NCBI GenBank assembly: GCA_000004695.1
Contig: CM000153.2
Coordinates: 480,001-544,000 of the forward strand
DNA: 64,000 nucleotides
Source of the DNA: Dictyostelium discoideum
Lineage: Eukaryota
Direction of reading: 5' to 3'
Of this stretch, positions 30,973 to 50,683 are shown piece by piece (within the stretch, counting starts at the first letter, position 1; each line of letters begins with the position of its first letter). Made by a program: the position numbers and the translations under genes. The notes below the pieces were generated by a model that did not search any database, was not told where the DNA came from, and was given only the letters and a program-made list of their open reading frames with translations.

Positions 30973-31241
30973 ATTTTTTATTTTATTTTATTTTCTTTTG
31001 TTTTTAAATTTTATTATATAGTAGTATTATTAATTAAATATTATATATATATACATATATTTATGAACACAACAAACTTGGTGAAATAAAAAAAAAATGA
31101 AAAAAAAAAAAATGAAAAAAAATAAAAAAGTGAAAAAAATAAAAAAAAAAAAAAAATAAAAATAAAAATAAAAAAATAAAAAAATAAAAATAAATTTTCC
31201 AAAAATTTCCTAGTTCAGAAAAAAAAAAAAAAGATTTTATT

Positions 31242-32282
31242 TTATTCTGATAATTTATTTAAATCATTTTTAGTTAAAATACCAGTATCTAAAATGATTG
31301 AAGTTACTAAAGTCATTGGAGTAACATCGAATGCTGGATTAAAAGTTTTTGAATTTTTTGGAGCCCAACGAACTTGGCCAAAGGCACCACTTGCACCTTG
31401 AACTTCAGTTTGAGAACGTTCTTCAATTGGGATATCTTTACCAGTTAGACATTTGATATCAACAGTTGACATTGGAGCCACACAATGGAATGGGATGTTA
31501 TGGTGATTTGCCAACACTGCGACACTGTATGTACCGATTTTATTGGCAAAGTCGCCATTGGCAGCGATACGGTCGGCGCCAACCAACACCCTTTGGATTT
31601 TACCATCACGCATTAAGCATGCAGCCATGTTGTCGCAGATTAGTGTGTATGGAATGCCCTCTCTCTCCAACTCGTATGTAGTCAAACGGCCGCCTTGGAG
31701 CAATGGACGGGTTTCGTCGACATAGACATGGATGTTCTTGCCCTGCTTGTGGGCCTCCCTGATGACGCCCAATGCAGTGCCTGCGCCCACTGTGGCGACA
31801 CTGCCGGTGTTGCAGTGAGTGAGAATGGACTCGCCTGGTTGGATCAAGGATGCCCCGAATTTCGACATCTTGTCACACATGTCCACTTCGTTTCTAATGA
31901 TACGCATTGCAATCTCGCCGAATCTGGTGGCAGAGTAATCACGATTTTCAACATTACCCTCCTTCAATTGCATCATCTCATCAATTGCAAACATTAAATT
32001 AACAGCAGTTGGTCTTGATTCTCTCAACTCTTGTGAAACTTTCACTATCTCTTCTTTAGTTAATTGTGGGTTATACAAAATATGATTATATAAACTCATT
32101 GATGCTGCTACACCAATCAATGGTGCACCTCTAACTGAAAGTTGTTTAATAAATGTAATCATATCTTCTGGTTTTTCACAAACCAACCATTCTTCAATAT
32201 CTGGTAATTTTCTTTGATCTAAAATTTGTAATTTCTTTTCATCTTTATTATATCTAATTGATAAATAATTAAATGATTCCAT
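31242..32282 (-). CDS. mtnA: Methylthioribose-1-phosphate isomerase (MtnA/MRI1, eIF-2B alpha/beta/delta family), 346 aa, single exon
   Basis: Family motifs are present, including LDQRKLP, RGAPLIGVAA, THCNTGSVATVGAGTALGVIREAH and RVLVGADRIAANGD. The central part of the CDS, about 31480-31900, is roughly 55% GC and has G/C-ending codons, whereas the 5' and 3' parts of the same ORF are about 25% GC. Confidence 0.85.
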   Translation of the reverse strand: MESFNYLSIRYNKDEKKLQILDQRKLPDIEEWLVCEKPEDMITFIKQLSVRGAPLIGVAASMSLYNHILYNPQLTKEEIVKVSQELRESRPTAVNLMFAIDEMMQLKEGNVENRDYSATRFGEIAMRIIRNEVDMCDKMSKFGASLIQPGESILTHCNTGSVATVGAGTALGVIREAHKQGKNIHVYVDETRPLLQGGRLTTYELEREGIPYTLICDNMAACLMRDGKIQRVLVGADRIAANGDFANKIGTYSVAVLANHHNIPFHCVAPMSTVDIKCLTGKDIPIEERSQTEVQGASGAFGQVRWAPKNSKTFNPAFDVTPMTLVTSIILDTGILTKNDLNKLSE

Positions 32283-32482
32283 TATTTTATTTTATTTTAT
32301 TTTATTTTATTTTATTTTATATATATCTATAAAAAAAAAGATATTTATAATTATTTTAAAAATCAATTTATTAAAAAAATGAAAAAAAAAAATGAAAAAA
32401 AAAAAAAAACATACTGGTTTTCGTCTCCTATGGGAAATGTTTAAAAAAAAGTATTTTTTTTAATTTTTATTTTTTTTAATTT

Positions 32483-32519
<37 letters not shown>

Positions 32520-32796
32520 TTATTTTTTTTAACAACAACTTTTCACAAACAACAATAACGATGAGAGTCATTTTACAAATTTGTTTAGAAAAAAAAAAAA
32601 AAAAAAAAAAAATTTAAATAAACAATAATTCCAAGATTAAAAATCTTACAACTTCATTATTCATTTTTTATTTAATGTAAAAAATAAAAAAAAAAAAAAA
32701 AGCGTGTTTCATTTTTTTATTTTTTATTTTTTTTTATTTTTTTTTTTTTTTTTTATTTTTTTTTTTTTTTTTTTACAAAATCAATCAAAACACGAA

Positions 32797-32831
<35 letters not shown>

Positions 32832-32896
32832 CATAAAATTTGTTTTTATTTTTATTTTTATTTTTTTCATTAATAATTAAAATAATAATAAAAAAA

Positions 32897-33361
32897 ATGA
32901 TTAGATCAGCAATTTCAAATTTAAATTCAGCATCAATTAATTTAGAGGCATTACTTGTTACAAATTTTACAAAACCATTATTATTTAGAAATAATTTCAG
33001 TGGTGATTTAACACCAACTGATTTCACAGTCACTGATAATAGACCAAACCCAAAACAAAAGAATATTGATATTAAAAATGCATTTCAAATTCAAGCAGAA
33101 CCAATCGACTCAAATGATTTAATCATTAGTGAAGATTCTTTAAAAACTAATAAAAACAGAGTCGTTGCAATGCCATATCAATTCAATTATACAAACTATT
33201 ATAAAGGTAAAAGAGCAACTAAAAAAGGTGTCACTAAAAAGAAGAGACATTTAAAAGATTTCGGTGTCGTACCACACATTTTCCCAGAATCAATGTTTAG
33301 AGATTATTATATGAAACCAATTCCATTATCAAAAGTTCAAGAAGGAAATATTGATAATTAA
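32897..33361 (+). CDS. Hypothetical small basic protein (about 154 aa) with an N-terminus resembling a mitochondrial presequence
   Basis: The ORF begins at the ATG at 32897 (MIRSAISNLNSASINLEALL...). The portion of the annotated ORF upstream of this ATG is a poly-T translation. The protein is Lys-rich (KGKRATKKGVTKKKRHLK), and no recognisable domain was found. Confidence 0.4.
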   Translation: MIRSAISNLNSASINLEALLVTNFTKPLLFRNNFSGDLTPTDFTVTDNRPNPKQKNIDIKNAFQIQAEPIDSNDLIISEDSLKTNKNRVVAMPYQFNYTNYYKGKRATKKGVTKKKRHLKDFGVVPHIFPESMFRDYYMKPIPLSKVQEGNIDN

Positions 33362-33449
33362 ATACAAAAAAACAATAATAATAAAAAAAAAAAAAAAAAA
33401 AGATTAAAAAGATTAAAAAGATTAAAAAGATTAAAAAGATTAAGTAAAT

Positions 33450-34991
<1,542 letters not shown>

Positions 34992-35618
34992 TTTTTTTTT
35001 TTATTTTATTTTATTTTATTTTATTTTATTTTGGTTTGGTGTTTTTTTTTTTTTTTCAATGATTTTCAATTTTTTTTTTTTTTTTATTTTTTTTCAATGA
35101 TTTTTAATTTTTTTTTTTAATAAATTTATTAATTTAATTTTTTGGTACACCATCTGTGATCACATTATCGTGTGTTGGGAACTTGAAAAATTAGAAAAAA
35201 AAAAATAAAAATAAATAAAATAAAAAAAAAATAAAAAAATTATTAAAATTAGAAAAAAAAAAAAAAAAAAAAAAAAAATTAAAATTAAAATAAATAAATA
35301 AATTTAAATTATTAAAATAAAATTTTATTTTTTAATTTTTATTTTTTTTTTAATTTTTTTTTTTTATTTTTTAATTTTTTATAATTCCCCAAACCACAAC
35401 AACAACCAATTACACAATAATACACATAAAATCGCGCTCCACCAGTCATACCAGACAAAAACAAAATAAAATTAAATTATATTAAAATAAAATAAATTTA
35501 AAATAAATTTAAAATAAATTTAAAATAAAAGTAATTTTGTAAATAGTATAGTATTTTTAAATTAAAAATAAAATATAAAATTTTAATAATAATAATAATA
35601 AAAAACTAAAAGAGGAAG

Positions 35619-35743
35619 CAGAAAACAGAAAATAGAAAATAGAAAATAGAAAATAGAAAATAGAAAATAGAAAATAGAAAATAGAAAATAGAAAATAGAA
35701 AATAGAAAATAGAAAATAGAAAATAGAAAATAGAAAATAGAAA
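35619..35743 (+). repeat. (AGAAAAT)n heptanucleotide minisatellite of about 17 units ending at the Dcp2 start codon
   Basis: The sequence cagaaaacagaaaat(agaaaat)n runs directly into the ATG at 35744. Confidence 0.9.
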
Positions 35744-37258
35744 ATGTATAATAATTTAAATATGGATAATAATAATAATAATAATAATATGAATATACAT
35801 AATGGTATGGGACTACCTCCACCACAATATCAATTTCAACCACCGCCACCACCACAACAAACAATGTCACCACATCATTTTATGCAACAACCACCACCAC
35901 CAAATAATATGTTTGCACCAGCACCACCTCATTCACATACCAACGGATTCATGAGTCCATTTGGACCAATGCATGGTTCAGATGGTATGTTAATGCCACC
36001 TCATATGCATCCTCATCATCCATTCGGTGGTTCACATGGTCAAATTCAAATGCATTTACATCATCAAGCATTATTTGAACAACATTTACATCAACAAGCA
36101 GCAGTAATGGCTCAACAACAAGCAATGGCAGAACATCATCAACAACAACAACATGCAGCTATTCAACAACAACAACAACAACAACAAACAGTACAACAAC
36201 AACAACAACCAATTAAATCTATTACAGATGAAAAACCTAAAGCACCAACTTTAACAGAGATTTTTGACGACTTATCATCAAGATTTGTATTAAATGTATG
36301 ATACTCATTATATTATAATTGAAGTAGGATTTAAATTAATATTGGGTTTTTTTTTCTTATTCTTTTTAATTTTATATTGTTTTTAGATACCTGCAGAAGA
36401 ACTATCATCATTTGAACGTTTATTATTTCAAATTGAAACAGCATATTGGTTGTAAGTATAATAGCATTAATAGTGTTTTCACATATATATACGAAGATGA
36501 TGAAGATGATGATTAGGATGATCTAATAAAATTAATTTTTTATTTTTTTATTAGTTATGATGATTTTTATAGAGAAGATTTCCCACAATTACCAAAATAT
36601 TCAATGGGAGAGTTTACAAAGAATTTCTTTATGAATTGTCCAATTTTGAAAGCACATCAATCATCTGTCGAAGAGATTTTGAAAAAGTTTTCAGAGTATA
36701 AAACCAAAGTTCCAGTATTTGGTGCAATCATACTGAATCAAGATTTAGAGAAAGCATTATTCGTTAGAGGATATGGTAGTAACAATAGTTGGGGTTTCCC
36801 AAAAGGTAAAGTCAATAAGGATGAACCCGATTCAGATTGTGCAATTCGTGAAGTTTTCGAAGAGACTTCATTCGATATTTCGCCCTACCTAAATGAACGT
36901 CATTACATTGAATTGAATATAAAGGAACAGAAAATTAAACTTTACATTATAGCTGGTGTACCTGAAGAAACTTATTTCTATCCACGTACTAGAAAAGAAA
37001 TTGGTAAAATCGAATGGGTGGTAATCAATGATCTACCAACAATTGGTAAGAAAATTAGTGGTTCAAAAGAACGTAACTTTTATCGTTCTTTTCCTTTCTT
37101 TAATAGATTACGTAAATGGGTACAATTAAGAAAATTAAAATATCCAAAAGAATTATATGCTACAACTCCAAATAATAATAATCAACAACAAGTTCAACAA
37201 GTACAACAAGTACAACAACAGGTGCAACAAGTACAACCTCAAACACCAAATAATAATC

Positions 37259-37290
<32 letters not shown>

Positions 37291-37474
37291 AATATTACAC
37301 CAAAATCAAATAATAAAAATAACAATAATAATTTACAGGTAAATAATCAATATTCACCATACCCAATTTCTCCACCTGCTTCACCTAGAGGACAACAACA
37401 ACAACAGCACCAACAACAACAACACCAACAACAACACCAACAACAACACCAACAACAACACCAACAACAACACC

Positions 37475-37547
<73 letters not shown>

Positions 37548-37800
37548 GCATCAAAGTCAAAAACAACCAGTTCAACCAATTACAATTTTAACAAAAAAGA
37601 AAGCAGCATTACAAGCACAACAACTACAACAACAATCACAACAAAATAATTTATTATCAACTTTTAATGATCAATATAATAAACAAAAGAGTCAACCATC
37701 ATCATATCCAATCATTCCTGAAAGTTATATAAATACAAGATTTAATTTGGAAAAATTCAATGTTCAAGATTTATCTAATCATTTTAAAACTACAAGTTAA
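35744..37800 (+). CDS. dcp2: mRNA-decapping enzyme Dcp2 (Box A plus Nudix hydrolase), 3 exons: 35744..36295, 36387..36451, 36555..37800 (620 aa)
   Basis: The Box A region reads DLSSRFVLN|IPAEELSSFERLLFQIETAYW|FYDDFY. The Nudix fold and box contain GAIILNQDLEKALFVRGY...WGFPKGKVNKDEPDSDCAIREVFEETSFDI. Intron 1 runs 36296..36386 (GTATGA...TTTTAG) and intron 2 runs 36452..36554 (GTAAGT...TTATTAG, phase 2). The C-terminal region is Q/H-rich. Confidence 0.85.
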
Positions 37801-38009
37801 TAAATAATAAATAATAAATAATAAATAATAAATAATAAATAATAAATAATAATAATAAAAGATTATATTGATAATTTTACTTATTTATTTTATTTTATTT
37901 TAAATTTTAATTATTATTATTGTTATTATTATTATTACATAATTTCACCCAATGTCCACTCAAACAATTATTTTGTTGTAATTAAAGATAATATTGATAA
38001 CTTTACCTA

Positions 38010-41263
<3,254 letters not shown>

Positions 41264-42107
41264 TTTTGTTAGTTAATTCCTTAAAAAATATTTTTATTAT
41301 TATTTTTTTTTTTATTATTTTTTAATTTATTTTTTTATTGTTCTTTTCTTTTTAAATACACTCTTTTTAAATATTTTTGATCAATATTTAAAACACTATA
41401 AAATAGAAAAAAAAAAAAAAAATTAAATGGAAAAAATTTTATAAAAAAAAAATATTTATTTATTTTTAAAAAAAACCTAAAAATAGCTTTTTTATTGTTA
41501 AAAAGGTGTTTTTTATCACTTTAAATTTTTTGATTTTTCAAAGAATGTGAAGTTTAAAAAACTAATAAAAAAGGAGATTTTGAAAACAATCACATCAATG
41601 GCTTTTATTAATATCATATTTTTGGAATAATATGGGTTATTTTTAAACCCGCTTACACTTTTTTTAAATTATTATAAAAAATAACCATAAATTTTAAACA
41701 CCACATAAAAAAAGGTTATTTTCAAAAAAAACACATCAATGACCTGAATAATATAAAAATAACAGTAACAATAATCTAAAAATAAATTATTACTATAAAA
41801 ATATTATTAAATTATTAAAAAATAACAGTTCACAATCACTATAATCCAAAAATAAATTATTATTATAAAAATATCATTTACAATTTTTTTTTTTCAATCC
41901 TTTTTTTTAAACCCACTTTTTTTTTTTATTATTAAAAAAAATAATCACCACACAAAAAAAAGGTTATTTTTAAACTCACAATAATCAAAAAATAAATTAT
42001 TATAAAAATATTACAATTTATAATTTTTTTCAATTTTTTTATTTTTTTTTTATTTTTTGGTATTTCATTTTTTATTTCTTTTTCAAATATAACAAATAAT
42101 TTTTAAA
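41264..42107. promoter_or_regulatory. Bidirectional intergenic promoter region of tgr-like pair 2, with internal repeats
   Basis: This 844-bp stretch lies between the divergent start codons at 41263 (minus) and 42108 (plus). The motif AAAAAGG(A/T)TATTTT..CACATCAATG recurs at about 41569, 41708 and 41956. The motif TAATC(T/C/A)AAAAATAAATTATTA..TATAAAAATAT recurs at about 41771, 41841 and 41981. Confidence 0.5.
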
Positions 42108-44733
42108 ATGAAAATTATACTATTATTTGTTATTTTTTTTCTAATTTCCAAGATCTTCTCTCAAAATTTAGTCTATCCAATTGGTATGTTTTTATGTTTT
42201 TTATAATTTTTTTTTTTTTTTTTTTTTCCCAATCCTTATTCTTTTTTTATAATTAGGATATGAAACTCATATGGACTCCCTTGTAGTTAAATATAAAGGA
42301 TCTGATATCTATTATACAAATATTTCATTTATTTGGAATCATAAAAGTCGTTATGATATGAGTTTTAATTGTGTTTTAAATGATACAATTAGAATTTGTA
42401 CTTTACCAGTGAAAGAATCTGATCGAGAACAAATGTATTCAGAGGAATTACTTGCATGTACTGCAAGAAATGGTATATTTGTTATGTGTGGTTTTGATGT
42501 ACATTTAGGTTTTTTCCCAAGTCCATTATTAATTTCACCTTTTAAACCAAAGACTAGAGGTGGAAATACAACATTAAGTGGTTATTATTTAGAATTAAAA
42601 GAAAGAGTATTTGTTATATTTGAAAATAATTATGAACAAGATCAATATTATGGATCTAATAATTATTATAGAGTAGTGGGTTATTTTGAAACAAACACAC
42701 CTGATAGAATAAATTTGACATTGAGAGTCTATCCAGGTTGTGGAAATAGAACAATTATTTGGGAAAATGGTGAAACATATAATTTTACATATCAAGATCC
42801 AAATATTGAAAAAATTGATATTAACCAATCAATACTTAATATAACTGGTACAAATTTCTATAATCAATCAGTATTTGTTGCCGTTAAAATTGATAATAAT
42901 ATTATTGATCCAAATGATATTATTTCAGTTGATTTCGAAAATATTAAATTAAAATTTAATTATTCAGATCCATTCTCATCAAAATTAAATGTTCAAGTCG
43001 GTTGTTGTGATTATTGGTCAAATAAATTTCAAATTACATATCCACCAATTCCATCAAGTGTAAATAGTATTCCAAAATTAAAAGGTGGTTTATTAATAAT
43101 CAATGGTAATAGATTAACTTCATCACCATCTTCAAATAATAATAATATATCAGTTACAGTTGGTGATTCAATTTGTTCAATTTTTTCATCATCTTCAAAT
43201 GAAATAAAATGTAATTTACAACCATTATCAAACTCAACATTAAATAATTCATCACCAATCACTGTATCAATTAATGGTGTTGAAAATACAAATAAACTAT
43301 TACTATATTATGATATTCCACACATTAAAACATATTCTCAAGTCAATAATGAAATTCATATAATTGGTAGTTGTTTTGGTAATATTAATTCAACTCACAT
43401 TCAAATCAATGGTAAACAAGCTCAAAATCAAATAAAATCAATTAATAATGATGAAACAGTTTTAATATTAAAAGTACAAAATCAAATTTATAATTTTAAT
43501 ATTTCAATCGAATCAAATTCAATCAATGTAGATGTAAAATTATATGCAATAATTAATGAAATTCCATCGGTTGGTAATAAATTTATTAATTTTACATTAT
43601 TATATGTAAATTCAAGTAATATTAATTCAATAGCAACAATTAAAATATTAAATGAACAATTAAATCAAACAATCCAATCAACTTTAACAACTTTTATTGA
43701 AAGTGTTGTATTATGTTCATTTTTAATTGAAAATCTTTGTGGTATTGTTAATTATGAAATTGAAATTGGTCATCAAAGATTTCAATCATCATTTTCATAT
43801 GAATCACCATTGATTAATAAATGTAATTTAAATTCAAATGAAATTGTTACTTGTATTGGTAAAGGTTTTGTAAATAGTAATGAAACAATTATTATTATTT
43901 CAAATCAATCAATAACATTTAATAATGAAAGTAATAATAATAATGATAAATCAATATCATTTCAAATGAATGAAGAGTATATTCTTGGTGAATTGTATTT
44001 AGATGTATGTGGTTTATTATCAAATAAAGTAAAAATTGATACAATACCAATTTTTAAAAATGTATCGATTCCAAACTTATTCGATACCAATGGTGGAGAA
44101 ATCATTATTTTTGGTAAATATTTAAATAATAATACAAATATTACAATTGAATGTAATAATGAAGTAATAGAAAAAGAATGTAAATCATATAATAGTACAT
44201 CATTAGAATGCAACATTGAATTTAATGGTCCAAATGATAAAACTTGTAAATTATTATTTAATAATATTGATAATAATAATAATAATAATAATATAGTATC
44301 AACATTTAATATTATCTATAAATCACCATCAATTAATCAAACTAGTATAATTAATTTAAAACAAGGAGGTATTTTAACAATTATTGGTAATGATTTCTAT
44401 TATCCAATTGATAAAGTTACAATAATTGGTAATAATGGTAATTGTAGTGGTTGTGATATTTTAAATTGTAATGAAGCAAAGTATATTAATGATACAATGA
44501 TAACATGTTTTATTCAAGCAACGAATAATACATTTAGTAATATTAAAAATGGTGAAATGATATTTATCAATGTTACAACCAATGGTAAAAGTGGTATATC
44601 AAAAGTATTCAAATATTTAACTCAATCTGATGATTCTCATCAATACTCTGACGCAAGAAATATCTTTCAAAATCTATTATTATCAATTTTAATCATATTA
44701 ATCATTTCATTATTATTCATTTCAAATATTTAA
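42108..44733 (+). CDS. TgrC-like IPT/TIG-domain cell-surface protein (pair 2): exons 42108..42183, 42257..44733 (about 850 aa)
   Basis: The signal peptide is MKIILLFVIFFLISKIFSQNLVYPIG, followed by a phase-1 intron 42184..42256 (GTATGT donor, AATTAG acceptor). The protein is roughly 75-80% identical to the 7136-9776 product and shares the same C-terminal hydrophobic end LLLSILIILIISLLFISNI. Confidence 0.75.
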
Positions 44734-44743
44734 AAAAAAACAA

Positions 44744-44830
<87 letters not shown>

Positions 44831-44954
44831 ATCAATTAATAAATAAATATATAATAAATCAATAATTAATTTTTACTAATTTTATTTTATTTTATTTTAT
44901 TTTATTTTATTTTATTTTATTTTATTTTTCAGATAAGGAATTCCTAAGTTTGCT

Positions 44955-44996
<42 letters not shown>

Positions 44997-45047
44997 TGAT
45001 TTTTTTTTTTTTATTTTTTTCATTTTTTATATTTTTTTTTTTTAAAG

Positions 45048-47810
45048 ATGACGTCAACAGCGAATTACAACAACAGCGGAAAAGATTCATACTTTTCAGA
45101 GATAAAAAAGAGTGAATTAGGACTAATTAAAAATAATTTATCAACAGCAATCAATGAAAGAAATGCCGATAAGATTAAAGATATTTTACAACGTATCATT
45201 TATTATATGACCATTGGTATGGACGTATCAGTGTTATTCCCTGATGTTATCATGGTTGCAAGTAGTAATGATATAATAATAAAGAAATTAGTCTATTTAT
45301 ACATTGTACATTATTCAAAAAGTAATCCAGATTTATTATTATTAGTTGTAAATACATTAAGAGTAAATATTTAAATTTTTATTTATTTATTTTTTTTTTT
45401 CCTCAATTCATTCTAACATTTTATATTATATTATATATTTAAAATATATATGTATATGTATATATATTTATATATTTATAGAGAGATTGTATTGATAGAA
45501 ATCCAATTATTAGAGGCCTTGCATTAAGAAGTTTATGTTCATTAGAGTATGTAAAAAAAAAAAGAAAAAAAAATAATATGTATATATAATAAAATATTAA
45601 CAATTTTAAATAGTTCAAAAAATACATTAGAATATGCAACAATTGAAATTAATAGATCGTTAACAGATTTTTCAGGATATGTTAGAAAAACAGCATTATT
45701 AGGTTTAGCGAAATTATATCATTTATCAAAGGAAGCATTCGATTTGGATATTATAATACCAAAGATATTCGATATGATTATGGATCAAGATCCACAAGTT
45801 ATAGTCAATGCGGTTTCAACATTAAATGAAATTAAACCAGGTTGGTCATTCACTTTTGATTTAGTTCAACATTTAATGATAAAATTTAAAGAATTTAATG
45901 AATGGTCACAATGTATAATTTTAGAATGTTTATCAAGATATACACCATCTTCTGAAGATGAATCATTAGATATATTAGTAATGTATAAATAAAATAAAAT
46001 AAAATAAAATATATATATACTAATTTTTATTTATTAGAATTTATTAGATGATAGATTAAGTCATTCAAATAGTGCATTAACATTATCAACAATTAAAATA
46101 TTTTTAAAATATACTGATGAATTTGAAGAGATACAAGAACAAGTTTATGAAAGAATTAAAGAACCATTGATTACATTGATGGAGAGTTCAGAATCGAATG
46201 AAACATCATTTACAATACTTCATCATATTCATTTATTGATGAGTAGATCACCAAGATTATTCAATAGATATTATAAACATTTCTATTGTAAATTCGATGA
46301 TCCATTGTATATTAAAACTTTAAAAGTTCAAGTATTGAAAGAGATTGCCTCCAATCAAACATTTATAGAATCAATAGATGAAATACTTCAAGAATTATCA
46401 GAATACGTTTACGAAGGTGACCATTCCTTATGTAAACAATCAATTAATGCAATCACTGTAATAGCTCAAAAACATAAAAATACTCAAGAGAAATATCCAA
46501 TTGATGAAAGTGTTTTAGAGAAAATATTTTTACCATATCTTTCAGTTTCTTCAAATTTAGGTGGTGCCGGCGATGACAACATTTCAATTAATGAAGGTAT
46601 TTTATCATTTATATTGATATCATTAAAAGATTTTTTAAGAGTATTTCCAAAACATTTGAAAACAGTTTTACCATATATAAATGAAAATTTAATTGGAATT
46701 GGTAGTGTTTCAAATTACACTTTACCACCATCAGCTAATGAATCAGTGCTTTGGATGTTGGGCGAATCACCAAATTCTCAAGTAAATTCACCATACATCA
46801 TTGAAGAGTTTTTCAATGAGAAATTCGATCAACAACCAACTTTTGTTAAAACTCAATTACTCACCACTAGTTTAAAGGTGTTTTTCGATCGTCCTGGTGA
46901 GATGTTACCAATTTTAAAGAGAATTTTAAAGAAATGTTGTTCTGATTTATCTCAAGATCCAGGTTTACATGAAATTTCATTATTCTATTCAAGAATCATA
47001 TTATTATTAGATATTGATAAAGCAGCTTCAATTATAAACTCTTCAAAACAAACCACTTCAATCAATACATTTTTAGAGGATGAAATTAATGAATATCGTG
47101 ATAAAATCTTTGATGAATTTAATACTCTATCAGTTTTATTTGGTAAACATTCTACAAAATTCATTAAAAATAAAAAACAAATTGAAAATGAAAAATTACA
47201 ATTTTTAGAAAATCAAAAGAATTATTTACTTTCAATTACTGATGGTAATCAAAATAATAATCAAAATAATAATCAAAATAATAATCAAAATAATAATCAA
47301 AATAATAATCAAAACAATCAAAATAATAATAATCAAAATAATAATAGTAAACAATTATTAAAAGAAATTGAATCATCACCAAATAATTTAATTGATACAT
47401 TTATTTTAGATCAACAACCAGAATTATCACCAGAATTATTTCAATCATTATGGTTATCACTTGAAGATGGTCATAAAATTGATATTCAATTAGATTCACC
47501 AATTGATAATAGTGAAATTGAATCAGTTATGTCAAAACAAGGTATTATATGCTTAGCATTTGGTAGTGTTGATCAACAAACAAAATTATATTATTATGCT
47601 CGTCAAAATTTATCATTTGATATTGATTTTAATAGTGAACAAAATCAACAACAACCCCAACCAATATTTATTATAGAAATTTTAATTGATGAAAATACTT
47701 TATTAATGAGTATTTTATTTAAATCACCAATTTTAAAAACACTTCATAACAAATTCATTCCAAAATTCTTATCAATCTTATCAATTCCAATTCCAAAGAT
47801 TTTTAATTAA
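45048..47810 (+). CDS. ap4b1: AP-4 adaptor complex beta subunit, 4 exons: 45048..45362, 45482..45546, 45614..45977, 46038..47810 (838 aa)
   Basis: The adaptin N-terminal region matches human AP4B1. [50 protein letters not shown] corresponds to the AP4B1 segment [48 protein letters not shown], and YVRKTALLGLAKL corresponds to YVRRVAVLGCAKM. The donors are GTAAAT at 45363, GTATGT at 45547 (phase 2) and GTAATG at 45978. The total is 2517 nt. Confidence 0.8.
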
Positions 47811-47882
47811 AAAAAAAAAAAAATAAACAAAAAATAAAAGTTATATATACATATATTTTAAATAAAATAATTTAGTGAGTGT

Positions 47883-49745
<1,863 letters not shown>

Positions 49746-50247
49746 TTCTATATTTATTTATATATTTAATATATATAAATAAAAACAGAAGTAGTGGTTA
49801 AAAATTTTTGTAAGTGTTGAAAGAAAAAAAAAATAAAAAAATAAAAAAATAAAAAAAACAGTAATTAATTTTTTGAAAAAAAATCTTTTTTTTTTGGATA
49901 TTTTTTAATTCTATTCTTTAATAATTATTATTTTTATTTTAAAAAATAAAAATTAAACAAAATAAAAAAATAAATTAATAATATAATTAAAAGGAGCAAC
50001 AGTTTGTTTTATTTTTTTTTTTTTTTTAACTTTATTCTTTTTTAGATTTTGTTTTTTTTGAATTGGAACAATTATTTTAATTTTTTGGTAAAAAAAAAAA
50101 ACAAACAATAAATGCAATATTGCATTCTATATATTTTTTTTTTTTTTTTACTTTTTAAAAATTTATTTTAAGAATCTAATTATTTATCGCTCAAATTTTT
50201 ATAATAATTGAGGATATTTGATGAACAGAAACAAATTTAACAATTTT

Positions 50248-50305
<58 letters not shown>

Positions 50306-50683
50306 AAAAAAGTATCATTTCCAAAAATTTTTGCCAATATTTTTTATATGGTTGATATGGATAGAGCCATTCGAATTGTTTTTTACACAAAAAAAAAAAA
50401 AATATCTTTGGACACAAAAAAAAAAAAAAATAAAAAAAATAAAATAAAAAAATGAAAAAAAATGAAAAATTTTTTTTTTTTTTTTTTTTTTTTTTAACCC
50501 ACCACGATACCTTGTTGTAATAATAAAGTAATACTTTATTTCACAATCACACACCCTCAAAAAATAAAAAATAAAAAATTATTAATAAAAAAAAATTAAC
50601 ATTACAATTATAAAAATAGTACAATTGTCTTTTTTTTTTTTTTTTTTTACACAAGATCAATTTTAGTGTTGTAATTATGAAAA

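Noticed and set aside
31466-31997. Three plus-strand ORFs (31466..31681, 31543..31725, 31695..31997) inside the GC-rich patch
   Set aside because: They are spurious. Open frames arise on every strand where GC content is high. The minus-strand MtnA frame is the conserved one.
35583-35873. Minus-strand ORF 35583..35873 (FYFLFSI repeats)
   Set aside because: It is a translation of the (AGAAAAT)n minisatellite and of the antisense of the Dcp2 N-terminus.
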